Source of the DNA: Minisyncoccota bacterium
Lineage (GTDB): Bacteria; Patescibacteriota; Minisyncoccia; Phycocordibacterales; UBA918
Assembly: GCA_022841645.1 (NCBI GenBank)
Contig: JALHRC010000004.1
Coordinates: 4,078-68,077, forward strand
Direction of reading: 5' to 3'
Length of the DNA stretch: 64,000 nt
Shown here: positions 9,965 through 20,028 of the stretch, piece after piece
Position numbering within the stretch: position 1 is the first letter of the stretch
Layout of the letters: every line of letters starts with the position of its first letter
Program-made: the position numbers and the translations under genes
Notes under the pieces: generated by a model
Seen by the model: the letters and a program-made list of their open reading frames with translations, nothing else
Told to the model about the DNA's origin: nothing
The model's database searches: none

Positions 9965-11203
9965 TTAGGTCAGTGCAATCAGTGCCACTTGCTTCTTGCC
10001 CCGACGGATATGCACCACCTCTCCGTGTGTCTCACGATCAAAAGCCACTTCGAGGTCGGTTACTCGCTCTCCATTTAAGGCAATGGCTCCACTTTCAATA
10101 AAGGTTCGGGCTTCACGCTTACTTTGCGCGAGTCCCGAGGTTACGAGCGCCTCAACAAGTGGAGTGCCCGACGGCACAGTAGTCACAGGCGCGTTCTGTA
10201 GTAGGAGCGCCTTTTCTTCGCTTGAGAGACTACTGAGTGTCGCCACCCCAAAAAGCACGTCGGACACCGCACTGGCCTGGGCAGCTGGCCCCTCACCATG
10301 CACGAGCGTTGTTACCGCCTCGGCCAAGCGTCGCTGGGCCGTCCGCTCTTCAGGCGCTTTATAATGGTAGGTAATGATGTCATCGATCTCTGCAAGCGGC
10401 AACAACGTAAACAACTTGAGGTAATCGAGGACGTTTTCGTCCGCGACGTTGTACCAAAATTGATAGAAGGCATAGGGCGATGTTTTCTCTTCATTAAGCC
10501 ACACCGCATTACCTTCACTTTTACCGAACTTTTTGCCGGTAACTTTGTCGATGATGAGGGGGACAGTGAGAGCGTGAACAGCCTTGCTTTCAAGACGGCG
10601 CACTAGATCAACTCCGGCCACCATATTTCCCCATTGATCAGAGCCACCGACCTGGAGGGTGCAGCCGTGCGTGCGGTAAAGCGTGAGGTAGTCGTAGGCT
10701 TGGAGAAGTGGGTAGGCAAATTCGGTATAGGAAAGGCCTATTTCACTCTGGAGCCTCGTCGCTATCGCGTCTTTCTTTATAAGTTCGTTGACCGTGAAGT
10801 GCTTGCCGATATCACGCAAAAAGGTAATGAGGTCGAGGTTATGGAGCCAGTCGTAGTTATCAACAAACTCTACCGCTCCCCCCAATATGCGCTCTGCCTG
10901 AGCGCGCAGCTTTACGACCCGCGCCGCCACTTCTTCACGGCTTGTGAGCACGCGCTCGATCTCTGGCTTGGGGTCACCAATCATCCCGGTGCCTCCCCCT
11001 ATCAAAAAGACGACTCGGTGCCCCGCCTGTGACAGGTGCCGCAGGAGCACCCAATTAACAAAATTACCCGCATGGGCCGAGTCGTCGGTCGGATCAATCC
11101 CGTGGTAGACCACGAGCGGCGGACCATCCAGCACCTCGGCTGGATTATCGGCCGTACAATGCTGGATAAAGCCTCGGGCGGCTAGTTCGGTAGCAAGCGA
11201 CAT
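9965..11203 (-). CDS. tyrS: Tyrosyl-tRNA synthetase
   Basis: HIGH-type motif (YHGIDPTDDSAHAGN), KMSKS-type KFGKS, C-terminal S4 domain. Confidence 0.9.
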   Translation of the reverse strand: MSLATELAARGFIQHCTADNPAEVLDGPPLVVYHGIDPTDDSAHAGNFVNWVLLRHLSQAGHRVVFLIGGGTGMIGDPKPEIERVLTSREEVAARVVKLRAQAERILGGAVEFVDNYDWLHNLDLITFLRDIGKHFTVNELIKKDAIATRLQSEIGLSYTEFAYPLLQAYDYLTLYRTHGCTLQVGGSDQWGNMVAGVDLVRRLESKAVHALTVPLIIDKVTGKKFGKSEGNAVWLNEEKTSPYAFYQFWYNVADENVLDYLKLFTLLPLAEIDDIITYHYKAPEERTAQRRLAEAVTTLVHGEGPAAQASAVSDVLFGVATLSSLSSEEKALLLQNAPVTTVPSGTPLVEALVTSGLAQSKREARTFIESGAIALNGERVTDLEVAFDRETHGEVVHIRRGKKQVALIALT

Positions 11204-11256
11204 GAAATAACTCTAGCACAGATGCGTACTCATACGACTAGACAATTTGTGCTACC

Positions 11257-13554
11257 ATGGGCTATACGGTAAGAGCTATGACCCGAGTAAAAAAGTGGGT
11301 GCGGAGCCTTAAACGGCTGCCAATGAAAGAGATTCTTATCGATATCAGTATCGTGCTATTTGCCGTGGGAGTACTCGGTACAGCCGGCCTACTGATCTGG
11401 ATTTCAACTCTCGACATTCCCGACCTTTCCGCTTTCGAAGAGCGGCGAGTACTCCAGTCCACCAAGCTCTACGACCGGACCGGCGAAATTCTCCTCTACG
11501 ACCTTGGTAAGGACGTACGACGCACGGTGGTTCCTATTGATGCCATTTCCCACCACCTTAAAAACGCGACCATCGCTATCGAAGACGACCAGTTTTACAA
11601 CCACTTTGGCGTACAACCAAAAGCCATTCTCCGCGCCGGCTGGGCCAACTTTACCGACGGTGACCTCCTCGGTGGCCAGGGTGGTTCAACTATCACGCAG
11701 CAGGTAATAAAGAACTCCGTTCTCCAGCGCGACAAAACGCTCACGCGAAAAATTAAAGAAGCCATTCTCGCCATCAAGCTTGAGCGGGTGCTTTCTAAAG
11801 ACGAAATTCTTTCAATTTACCTCAACGAATCACCCTATGGCGGCACCATTTACGGTGTAGAGGAGGCAGCGCAGGCATTTTTTGGCAAGAAAGCCACCGA
11901 CCTAACTCTTAACGAGGCAGCATACCTCGCTGCCCTTCCCCAGGCCCCCACCTATCTCTCCCCTTATGGAAACAATCGCGAGCGACTCGATGCGCGGCAA
12001 CGACTCGTCCTTGAGCGGATGAAGATAAACGATTTTATTACCGAAGAGGAATATAACGCCGCCATTTCCACCACCACAGAATTCTTGCCCCAAGCAGTGT
12101 CTGGTATTCGTGCACCCCACTTTGTCATGTACGTACGTGAGCAGCTCGTCGAAAAATTTGGCGAGGAGGCACTCTCTGAGCGCGGACTACGTGTCATCAC
12201 GACACTCGACGCTGAGCTGCAAGAGGAAGCTGAGCGAATTGTGGCTGAGCATGGTGCGACCAACGTCGAGCGCTTCAAGGCTGATAACGCTGGCATGGTA
12301 GCCACCGACCCACAAACCGGTGACCTCCTCGTTATGGTGGGATCGCGTGACTATTTTAGTGAGGAGATCGACGGTAACTTCAATATTACAACCGCCGATC
12401 GACAACCAGGCTCTGCCATCAAGCCTTTTATCTACGCGGCTGCATTTAGTAAAGGCTACTTACCAGACACCACTGTTTTTGATCTGCGCACACAGTTTTC
12501 TCCTAGCTGTCCACCCGATAGTCAGAGTTCAGAATCTCCCTGTTATTCACCCAACAACTACAACAATAAATTCCTCGGCCCTATTAATTTGCGCAATGCC
12601 CTCGCTCAGTCACTCAATATCCCAGCGGTAAAGGTATTGTATCTGGCTGGACTACGTGATTCACTGAAGCTCGCAGCTGACATGGGTCTCACCACCCTCA
12701 ACGACCCCGATCGTTACGGACTAACGCTTGTTCTCGGTGGTGGCGAAGTTAAGTTGGTCGACATGACCTATGCCTACGGTGTCTTTGCAAACGAAGGGGT
12801 GCGTGTAAAACCGCGTACTATTTTACGCATCGAAGACAGCCGTGGTCTGATTGTCGAAGAAGCACCCATTGAAGAGACGCGAGTACTTGATCGCAACGTT
12901 ACCCTCATGATTAGTGACGTTCTTTCCGACAACGTCGCTCGTACACCACTATGGGGAGCCAACTCACTGGTTAACTTTCCCAATCGTTCGGTAGCCTCTA
13001 AAACCGGTAGCACTAACAATCTCCGCGACGCTTGGCTTATGGGGTATGCGCCCAATCTCGCCGTTGGTACCTGGGTAGGTAACAACGATAACTCACCGAT
13101 GGGTGGTGGTCTTTCGGGTCTCATCGTCACCCCGATGTGGCGTGACTTTATGGATTTTGCCTTGGAGCGACGCGATGAGCAAAGCTTTGCTCAACCCGAA
13201 GTTAATTTGAGTAACGTAAAACCCGTGCTGCGTGGCGACTACATCGACCTCACCCAATTGCAGGTAGCTGCCTCGAGCTCCAATGCCACCGCGGTGTCTC
13301 TCATCTACGACAACATCCACACCATTCTCCACTACGTTAATAAAAACGACCCACAAGGACCCTACCCAACGAATCCAGGAAACGACCCACAATATGAGAA
13401 TTGGGAATGGGCAGTGACACGCTGGAAGGAAGAAGCGCTTGGTCCGATAGTCGCAGCTGCCGCCGCGGCAGCTGCGGCCGAGGCCGATCTTGAGGAAGAA
13501 GAGGAGGAGGCAGAGGACGAAGAGGACACTCCACGTCGGCGCCCACGACGATAG
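11257..13554 (+). CDS. Class A penicillin-binding protein (transglycosylase + transpeptidase) with an acidic/poly-Ala C-terminal tail
   Basis: GT51 motifs (EDDQFYNHFG, GGSTITQQ), transpeptidase SxxK/KTG (SKTGST), N-terminal TM anchor. The true start may be the Met near 11323. Confidence 0.85.
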   Translation: MGYTVRAMTRVKKWVRSLKRLPMKEILIDISIVLFAVGVLGTAGLLIWISTLDIPDLSAFEERRVLQSTKLYDRTGEILLYDLGKDVRRTVVPIDAISHHLKNATIAIEDDQFYNHFGVQPKAILRAGWANFTDGDLLGGQGGSTITQQVIKNSVLQRDKTLTRKIKEAILAIKLERVLSKDEILSIYLNESPYGGTIYGVEEAAQAFFGKKATDLTLNEAAYLAALPQAPTYLSPYGNNRERLDARQRLVLERMKINDFITEEEYNAAISTTTEFLPQAVSGIRAPHFVMYVREQLVEKFGEEALSERGLRVITTLDAELQEEAERIVAEHGATNVERFKADNAGMVATDPQTGDLLVMVGSRDYFSEEIDGNFNITTADRQPGSAIKPFIYAAAFSKGYLPDTTVFDLRTQFSPSCPPDSQSSESPCYSPNNYNNKFLGPINLRNALAQSLNIPAVKVLYLAGLRDSLKLAADMGLTTLNDPDRYGLTLVLGGGEVKLVDMTYAYGVFANEGVRVKPRTILRIEDSRGLIVEEAPIEETRVLDRNVTLMISDVLSDNVARTPLWGANSLVNFPNRSVASKTGSTNNLRDAWLMGYAPNLAVGTWVGNNDNSPMGGGLSGLIVTPMWRDFMDFALERRDEQSFAQPEVNLSNVKPVLRGDYIDLTQLQVAASSSNATAVSLIYDNIHTILHYVNKNDPQGPYPTNPGNDPQYENWEWAVTRWKEEALGPIVAAAAAAAAAEADLEEEEEEAEDEEDTPRRRPRR

Positions 13555-13557
13555 CCT

Positions 13558-13854
13558 TTAAAGAAGGGTGGTGGGACTTTCGTTCGTTCCTAGACGATCT
13601 TTAATGGCCGACAGTATCTCTTCTCGGCGGAGTAGTATTTCGCTCCGGAGCGCCGCCGGTGCTTTTATATAAATAGCTCGAGTGGATGGGGTGTACGCGA
13701 AATACTCGACCCGAACCGGAAAGGGTACCAGTTCCTCCACTACCCGGCAGACCTCTTTTTCTACTGATTTCTGTGGTGGTTTAAGGAGTGTCGCATATTT
13801 AGAGAATAGCGAGCTTACCTTCATGAGCTCCCCTCGTCGCTTGGCCATGATCAC
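13558..13854 (-). CDS. DUF721/DciA-like small protein; its start overlaps the dnaN stop by 4 nt
   Basis: 98 aa. The pattern VCRVVEEL..VRVEY.AYTPSTRAIYIKAPAALRSEILLRREEIL resembles the DUF721 family commonly found beside dnaN/recF. Confidence 0.4.
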   Translation of the reverse strand: MIMAKRRGELMKVSSLFSKYATLLKPPQKSVEKEVCRVVEELVPFPVRVEYFAYTPSTRAIYIKAPAALRSEILLRREEILSAIKDRLGTNESPTTLL

Positions 13855-14945
13855 TTATTCATCGGCATTACCAAATATCGCAGTGAGCTATCGCTGCCGC
13901 CGCTCATAACCAGTGGTCGACCAATACCAGCAAATTTCATCGTTAGACTTTCATCGGACATGTGCGGTAATGGCTCTACTACGTATTGCTGATTAAAATT
14001 GAGTCGTAGTTCTTCACCTGTCACTTGGGCTTTTAGAGTATCGGTAGTGTGTCCCACATCATTGTTGGTAGCTGAGACAGTGAGGTGCCCTTCGGTAATC
14101 GTAACGGTTACTTGGAGGAATTTATTGAGAAACACGTTCGTCTTTTTGAGAGCTTTCTGAAGATCATCCTTAAGTACCACCACCGTCGTAACATATTCTT
14201 TCGGAATAATCTGCTCATAATCAGGAAACGACCCCGTAACGAGACGTGACGTGATATAGACTCCAGAACTGAAAGCGAGGCTACACTGGTTTTCGGTAAT
14301 TAGGAGCGTTGGTGAGCCTCCTACGAGCTCACAAACCCGTGCGAGTTCAAGAGCGTTGCGGTGAGGCACTAAAAACGAATGATCAAGTGCAACGCCTTTT
14401 TGGGGAACGGTTTTTTCCATCAAACGAAATGAGTCGGTCGCCACAAACGTGAGTGAATGCTCACGTTTTTGCTGTACAAACACGCTCCCCAGCTCTGGCT
14501 TTATTGATGTGTGTGAAGCCGCGAGCGCTACTGTCTTGATACCAAACGCAAACATCTCAGCATTTACCACTACCCCCGTGCTCGTCACTCGCGCAATCGT
14601 GGGAAATTCGTCGTGGGGAATAGCTTTGATTGAAGTTTCTGTGTGAGCCCCTTCGATAGTCACCACTCCCTCATCTACTCGCAATACCACTTCTCCAGTG
14701 GCCAAAAACTGTACCGTCTGAAGGAGGGTCTGCGCCGGCACCGCTACCACCCCCACTTCCTCAACCTTTCCCTCAAGAATAATTTCGACACTAATCTCGA
14801 GGTTGGTGGCACGAAGAATAATTTGGTCCTTCGTTACTTCTATCAGCACACACTGCAGTACGGGCAGCGTGACGTGTTTGGTACTTATGCGACTAACGAT
14901 CTCGAGTGCGCTTAGCAGTTTCTGGTGGGGAGTAGTTATTTTCAT
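13851..14945 (-). CDS. dnaN: DNA polymerase III beta sliding clamp
   Basis: Three-domain beta-clamp length. Begins MKITTPHQKLLSAL at the internal Met; the ORF track runs to 14990. Adjacent to dnaA. Confidence 0.85.
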   Translation of the reverse strand: MKITTPHQKLLSALEIVSRISTKHVTLPVLQCVLIEVTKDQIILRATNLEISVEIILEGKVEEVGVVAVPAQTLLQTVQFLATGEVVLRVDEGVVTIEGAHTETSIKAIPHDEFPTIARVTSTGVVVNAEMFAFGIKTVALAASHTSIKPELGSVFVQQKREHSLTFVATDSFRLMEKTVPQKGVALDHSFLVPHRNALELARVCELVGGSPTLLITENQCSLAFSSGVYITSRLVTGSFPDYEQIIPKEYVTTVVVLKDDLQKALKKTNVFLNKFLQVTVTITEGHLTVSATNNDVGHTTDTLKAQVTGEELRLNFNQQYVVEPLPHMSDESLTMKFAGIGRPLVMSGGSDSSLRYLVMPMNK

Positions 14946-15228
14946 TATCAACATTTTACTCCTTATTATTAGTGCTGTGGAAGTGTGCACAACTGAAATC
15001 CATGTTGTACTTCAAGGATCTTTTTTTGGGTCATTCTTGTGTGTAATAGGTAACAGGGTGTGTTTAGCTGGGGACGGTGTTGTTTATAAGTGGAATGGAT
15101 TATTCCGTGGGGAAAAACTGCCTGGTTATACTCCTCCCTTAAGTTACTGTACGTGGTTTTGTGGGGTGCTTATCGGGTGGCTTACACAACGTTTTCCCCA
15201 GTGTTTTTGACAGTCTCGTCGCGCTGAT

Positions 15229-15264
15229 AAAAACAAAACCCTCTCTTTTGAGAGGGTTTTGTTT
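15229..15264 (-). terminator. Intrinsic terminator downstream of dnaA; the hairpin overlaps the dnaA stop codon
   Basis: AAAACAAAACCCTCTC-TTTTG-AGAGGGTTTTGTTT. Confidence 0.6.
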
Positions 15265-16648
15265 ATTTGAGTAGAAGACGAATTTGGGTGATCTCTTCTT
15301 CTAATTCGGGGTTGTCCTTGATTTCTCCCTTTATTTTTTCGCAGGAGTGGATGACAGTGGTGTGATCGCGTCCGCCCAGCTTCTTGCCGATGGCGGGATA
15401 GGATACTTGGAAGTCCTCGCGCAGGATGTACATAATGATCTGTCGGGGGCGGACGACTTCCTTGCGGCGGGTCTTTTCGTAAATACTAGCCTGATCAATG
15501 TCGTAATAGCGGGCTACCTTATCGACAACGTCTGAAATAGCCAAGGTTTTTCGTGGTCGGGAGTTGTTTTTAATGATCGACTTTACTTCATCAAGGGCGA
15601 GCGTGCGGCCAAGCAGCTGAGTCTGACACATGATGGTGTTGAGAGCTCCTTCAAGTTCGCGAATGTTTCCTTCAATCGTGTGAGCGAGGTGCTCAACCAC
15701 GTCATCAGATAAGGTAATACTGTTTTGGGCCGCCTTGGCACGCAAAATTGCTACCCGTGACTCGGGATCGGGACTCGGAATGTCAACAATCATTCCTTGG
15801 ACAAAACGTGACCGCACGCGCTCCTCGAGGCCTTGGAGCAAAGCGGGGTGTTGATCGCTTGAAAAAACGATCTGCTTATTGGTGTCGTGGAGTGTGTTGA
15901 AGAGGTGAAAGAGTTCCTCTTGCGTCTTTTCTTTGGTAGCCAAAAACTGCACGTCGTCCATGATAAGTACATCGTACTGACGGTATTTATCCTTAAAACT
16001 ATTGGCAGTACCACTCTGCAGCGAGTTCATATAATCAACCGCAAAGCGCTCGCTCGTAACGTAGAAGACCTTTTTCCCGGTCTTTTTGATTTGGTTCCCT
16101 ACCGCTTGAATCAGGTGAGTTTTGCCGTGACCGGTCTTGCCATAAATAAAGAGCGGGTTGTAGGCAATACCAGGGCGTTCGGTAACTGTTTTGGCAGCAG
16201 CGTGTGCTAGGGCATTGTACGGCCCTACGACAAAGGTTTCAAAGGAGTAGCGGGGGTTTAGATTGTCGCTTTTATTGATGTAGTACTCCTCAAGGGGCAG
16301 CGCAGCATTAACAGTTTGGGTTTTAGAACCCTCGTGTTTGCGTTCTGAGCGCTGTACCACAGCGTATTCAACGCTACGTACAAAGGGGGAGAGATCACGC
16401 AGTGTCTTAAGGATCATGGAATGAAACTTATCCGACAGCCAATCGCGCACAAACACACTCGGTACTCCTACCGTCACGGTGCTGTCTTCGATAGTAACGA
16501 TGTGTGTGTCACGGAACCACGTCTTAAAGTTGGCCGGAGTGATGGCGAGTTCAATCTTTACGAGCGCATCATCCCATAACTTCTTAACATCAATATGTTC
16601 AGTGCGAACAATGCTACTAGTAGGAGTGGGATGAGAAAGTGGATTCAT
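15263..16648 (-). CDS. dnaA: Chromosomal replication initiator DnaA
   Basis: AAA+ Walker A GKTGHGKTHL, Walker B VLIMDDVQFL, C-terminal DNA-binding helix (GGRDHTTVIH). Confidence 0.95.
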   Translation of the reverse strand: MNPLSHPTPTSSIVRTEHIDVKKLWDDALVKIELAITPANFKTWFRDTHIVTIEDSTVTVGVPSVFVRDWLSDKFHSMILKTLRDLSPFVRSVEYAVVQRSERKHEGSKTQTVNAALPLEEYYINKSDNLNPRYSFETFVVGPYNALAHAAAKTVTERPGIAYNPLFIYGKTGHGKTHLIQAVGNQIKKTGKKVFYVTSERFAVDYMNSLQSGTANSFKDKYRQYDVLIMDDVQFLATKEKTQEELFHLFNTLHDTNKQIVFSSDQHPALLQGLEERVRSRFVQGMIVDIPSPDPESRVAILRAKAAQNSITLSDDVVEHLAHTIEGNIRELEGALNTIMCQTQLLGRTLALDEVKSIIKNNSRPRKTLAISDVVDKVARYYDIDQASIYEKTRRKEVVRPRQIIMYILREDFQVSYPAIGKKLGGRDHTTVIHSCEKIKGEIKDNPELEEEITQIRLLLK

Positions 16649-16995
16649 GAGTACAATATCCAGCTACAGGTACAGAGCATTATACTGGCAAGTAGTGGAC
16701 TGTAAACTCGTGCACCAATTTTAAAAAATAATGAGAGAGATTTTTCAACAAAGCGTGCAACTGTGCATAACGTGTGAATAAGTGGCAAGGCTCTAAGCAC
16801 TTTTGTACTGAAAAGGTAACAACGAGTGTCGTTGTGTTGTGCGCTCCACTATTTCCTCCTTTGCGACATCGTGTAGTGTTGTTTTAGACTCCGCCCCAGC
16901 AGATACGACACGGCATAGTGTTATAGAGCCCATCAGTAAATGAAGGCTTGAACTACTGGTTATTTCCTGTATAGTGTGGCAACTAACCAATAGTC
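16649..16995. promoter_or_regulatory. Putative oriC / dnaA promoter region between dnaA and rpmH
   Basis: Classic rpmH<>dnaA divergent organisation. AT-rich stretches and DnaA-box-like 9-mers (e.g. TGTGAATAA around 16768). Boxes were not mapped exhaustively. Confidence 0.4.
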
Positions 16996-17148
16996 ATGTC
17001 AAAACGAACCTATCAGCCGAAGAAGCGTAAGCGCGCCACTACCCACGGCTTTCTTGTGCGCAGTGCGACCACGAGCGGCCGCAAGATCTTGCGCGAACGC
17101 CGCCGCAAGGGCCGTGCCCAACTTACCGTTAAGAAGAAGGTCCGGTAG
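16996..17148 (+). CDS. rpmH: 50S ribosomal protein L34
   Basis: Hand translation gives [50 protein letters not shown]. Not in the ORF track (below 60 aa). Confidence 0.9.
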   Translation: MSKRTYQPKKRKRATTHGFLVRSATTSGRKILRERRRKGRAQLTVKKKVR

Positions 17149-17155
17149 TTGTTTC

Positions 17156-17181
17156 CAAAAAAGCTCGCGAGAGCTTTTTTT
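17156..17181 (+). terminator. Hairpin plus T-run between rpmH and rnpA (possible attenuator)
   Basis: AAAAAGCTC-GCGA-GAGCTTTTTTT. Confidence 0.55.
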
Positions 17182-17199
17182 GCTCTATACTGAGTAGGT

Positions 17200-17529
17200 A
17201 TGCTTCCAAAGTCGCTGCGGCTATCGCGGACAGAATTTACGCAGGTTTTTGGAGTGGGTCGACGTATTCATAGCCCCGAACTAACCTTGATTTATAAGCC
17301 CCAGGCCACCTTTAAGGCCGCTGTGGTAGTAAGCAAAAAGGTAGGTAAGCGTGCCCATGAACGGGCGACCATTCGCCGCCGTCTCTATACGGAGCTTGCC
17401 GAGGTCGCCAGGACTGGCGCCACCAGTGCTTATATTGTACTTACGAAGCCCCCGTTGGTGGCCCTAAGCCGCGCCGCTCAGCGCTCAGCCCTCCGTAGCC
17501 TCCTTGGCCGTACCACAAAAGAACGATAG
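17200..17529 (+). CDS. rnpA: RNase P protein component
   Basis: 109 aa, basic. LRLSRTEFTQVF ... position downstream of rpmH. Confidence 0.85.
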   Translation: MLPKSLRLSRTEFTQVFGVGRRIHSPELTLIYKPQATFKAAVVVSKKVGKRAHERATIRRRLYTELAEVARTGATSAYIVLTKPPLVALSRAAQRSALRSLLGRTTKER

Positions 17530-17538
17530 AATACGCCC

Positions 17539-18267
17539 ATGTTTTCTTATCTGTGGCACACTTTCTTTTTTGATCCGGTCTATAACGGACTGGTTTTTTT
17601 TATCGATATTCTTCCCGGCGGTGACGTCGGTTTTGCCATTATTGCGCTCGTGGTGGTGGTAAAAACCATCCTCCTCCCGCTGTCCATTAAAGCGGTAAAA
17701 ACCCAGCGCATCATGCGCGAAATTGGTCCAAAGTTAAATGAAATTAAGGAAGCGCATAAGGATAACCGTGAAGAACAGGCGAAGGCGATGATGGCGGTCT
17801 ATCGTGACGCCGGCCTTAATCCGTTTGCGGGTATATTTGTGGTACTCCTTCAAATTCCCATCCTCATTGCCCTTTATTTTGCTGTTTATAGCGGTGGTGG
17901 TGTGGCGCTGCCGGCGATTAATGTTGAACTCCTGTATGGTTTTATCCCAGTGCCACAGATAGTGAATATGAACTTCCTTGGCCTCCTTGATATTACGGAG
18001 GCTAGTGTGCTCCTGGCCGTCCTTGCCGCCGCGACGCAGTTTCTCCAGGTAAAGTTTGCTATGCCACCCTTGCCTGCCCCCGAGCCAGGTAAAACCCCCG
18101 ACATGAAAGACGACATCATGCGCATGATGCAAGTGCAAATGAAATACCTCCTTCCACCACTGATTTTCTTTGTTAGTTACACCACTTCAGCGGCTATTGC
18201 GCTCTACTTTGTAGTGAGCAACCTGGTGGCAATTGTGCAGGAATTAATCATTAAGCAGCACCGGTAA
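17539..18267 (+). CDS. yidC: Membrane protein insertase YidC (short Oxa1-like form)
   Basis: 242 aa, 5 TM. Conserved position after rnpA. YidC/Oxa1 core motifs. Confidence 0.8.
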   Translation: MFSYLWHTFFFDPVYNGLVFFIDILPGGDVGFAIIALVVVVKTILLPLSIKAVKTQRIMREIGPKLNEIKEAHKDNREEQAKAMMAVYRDAGLNPFAGIFVVLLQIPILIALYFAVYSGGGVALPAINVELLYGFIPVPQIVNMNFLGLLDITEASVLLAVLAAATQFLQVKFAMPPLPAPEPGKTPDMKDDIMRMMQVQMKYLLPPLIFFVSYTTSAAIALYFVVSNLVAIVQELIIKQHR

Positions 18268-18270
18268 ATC

Positions 18271-18810
18271 TTAAGTTGGAGGTTGAGTTGGTGTTATACA
18301 GCGCCCACCTCCAGCATTTACCTCCCATGTCCCCCCACCTCGAGCACATGCCTCAGCTCTTGGACGTTGTCCTAAAGGTATAGGGTTGCCCCGAGGTTGC
18401 TGGGGTGGTGGCGCAGGCGCAGCCACTGGTCGAATTATTGGCTGGCTCTCAAAAATGCGCAGACGGGTTAAGTTTGGGTTGATGGTCTGTAGGATGATAA
18501 ATGTTGAAACAATCAGCAGTAAACCCAAAAGCGCCCCCCAAATATCCTTCTTAGCGTCAGCTTTGCTGGTCACTATGTCAGTGAGCATCCACTTCACCCC
18601 TGCCAAAATAATCTTTATAACTGCCAGGAGGGCAGCGATGCTGATAGAAAGAAAGTAGAGTTGGTTGATATAGTCACCAAAGTTTTGGGCGGCGTTACTC
18701 ACCCCAGGAATACCTACCAGCGGCTGATACTGCAGTACGGTCGGTTGTTGCGCCAACACATCGAGTGGTACAGCAATAATGAGGACCACGACAAGTGGCA
18801 GGAGAAACAT
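18271..18810 (-). CDS. VirB2/TrbC-like pilin candidate (signal peptide + two hydrophobic helices)
   Basis: Signal peptide MFLLPLVVVLIIAVPLDVLAQ, then two TM segments separated by a short loop (FLSISIAALLAVIKIILAGVKWM ... ALLGLLLIVSTFIIL). Last gene of the T4SS-like operon. Start set at the internal Met to avoid overlap. Confidence 0.4.
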   Translation of the reverse strand: MFLLPLVVVLIIAVPLDVLAQQPTVLQYQPLVGIPGVSNAAQNFGDYINQLYFLSISIAALLAVIKIILAGVKWMLTDIVTSKADAKKDIWGALLGLLLIVSTFIILQTINPNLTRLRIFESQPIIRPVAAPAPPPQQPRGNPIPLGQRPRAEACARGGGTWEVNAGGGRCITPTQPPT

Positions 18811-18823
18811 CCGCCCACGTTGG

Positions 18824-20026
18824 TTATTCGTTAAGTGCATACATCCACAAAGTACCATCATAACGATTTTTAAAATAGAAGCGGTCTTCCGAAGAGTTTA
18901 TGAGAACATCAACAGCATCCACAAGACGGCCGCTATAGGCCAAGAGGTCAAGTACGTAACTTGTTTCATACGCTGTCTCAGTCACTTCTATTTTTACCAA
19001 GCTGTCACTGTCTTTAAGATCACCCCGATACCAGCTATCGGGGAAACCAAAAGCCACCTCCTGATTAGAAACGGCGCACCAGAGTGTGTCGGTAGTGAGT
19101 GCAGCAGCACACTTCTCAGGCAGAAAAACAGCTGGCACCACTCCGGTGGTTTGGCGGGCCGTATCAAATATAAGTGACTCGTACGGAACTTGGTCAAATT
19201 GACCACTGGCAGCCACTCGACTCCCAGCCAGTACTGCCGTCAGCCCGTATCCCTCTAAAGGTAACCGCTTGAGGCGACCATTAGTGAGCTCATAGAGATA
19301 GCCTTCTAGCAAGTACGATGGCTTTGGGTAGACAAGGTGTGGCCCAGACGCGGTATCACCCCACACGACCACGACGTCTCTAAATGGTAGAGTGTACAGT
19401 ATGCGCGACGCGCCTCGGGGCAAAGTCATGGCGTGGAGGGAAGTGGTCTGTCCGCGAACGGCATAGAGAAGCTCGCCACCAGTGGTCACTTGAAAATCAG
19501 TAACTGGGCCACTAAGGGTAAACTGTCGCAACGGTTCACTAGCTTCACCTAAAGTACCAATGGTGGTTGTTTTGGTAGTACCGTAGCCAGACTGAATAAC
19601 CACGTACTGCCCGTCAGCTGAAAAGTCGGCTCGAAAGGCTTCAAATACTGTCGTTCCGGAGAGTCGCTCCTCGATAGCGTTGTCTAGGTTAATCTCATAG
19701 ATGTGGCCCGTTCCCGCCTCTACGTAGCGTACTCGGGAACCAGTGCTTGTACCGGTACCTGCGGGCACTAGTTCACGGAACCCTACCACAGGACGAGTTG
19801 TGAGTTGTCGTAAACGATTGGGCGTCGAAGTGGCGGTGCTAACACCAGCACCAGTGTCAGGTGGTACTGGTGCCAGGGAATTTGTTGGTGAGCCGTCACC
19901 AAAGTTAAAATCAGTGAGAAGTTCATCAACTGATTCGGGAGTCCCAAAAAACATAACGTACGCCCACACTACAACCAAAAGAATGAGAATGATTATTGAT
20001 CCGAGTAGGATAAGTAGTCTTTTCAT
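18824..20026 (-). CDS. Secreted or membrane-anchored protein of the T4SS-like operon
   Basis: N-terminal TM. 400 aa with repetitive beta-rich composition. Confidence 0.5.
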   Translation of the reverse strand: MKRLLILLGSIIILILLVVVWAYVMFFGTPESVDELLTDFNFGDGSPTNSLAPVPPDTGAGVSTATSTPNRLRQLTTRPVVGFRELVPAGTGTSTGSRVRYVEAGTGHIYEINLDNAIEERLSGTTVFEAFRADFSADGQYVVIQSGYGTTKTTTIGTLGEASEPLRQFTLSGPVTDFQVTTGGELLYAVRGQTTSLHAMTLPRGASRILYTLPFRDVVVVWGDTASGPHLVYPKPSYLLEGYLYELTNGRLKRLPLEGYGLTAVLAGSRVAASGQFDQVPYESLIFDTARQTTGVVPAVFLPEKCAAALTTDTLWCAVSNQEVAFGFPDSWYRGDLKDSDSLVKIEVTETAYETSYVLDLLAYSGRLVDAVDVLINSSEDRFYFKNRYDGTLWMYALNE

Positions 20027-20028
20027 AC

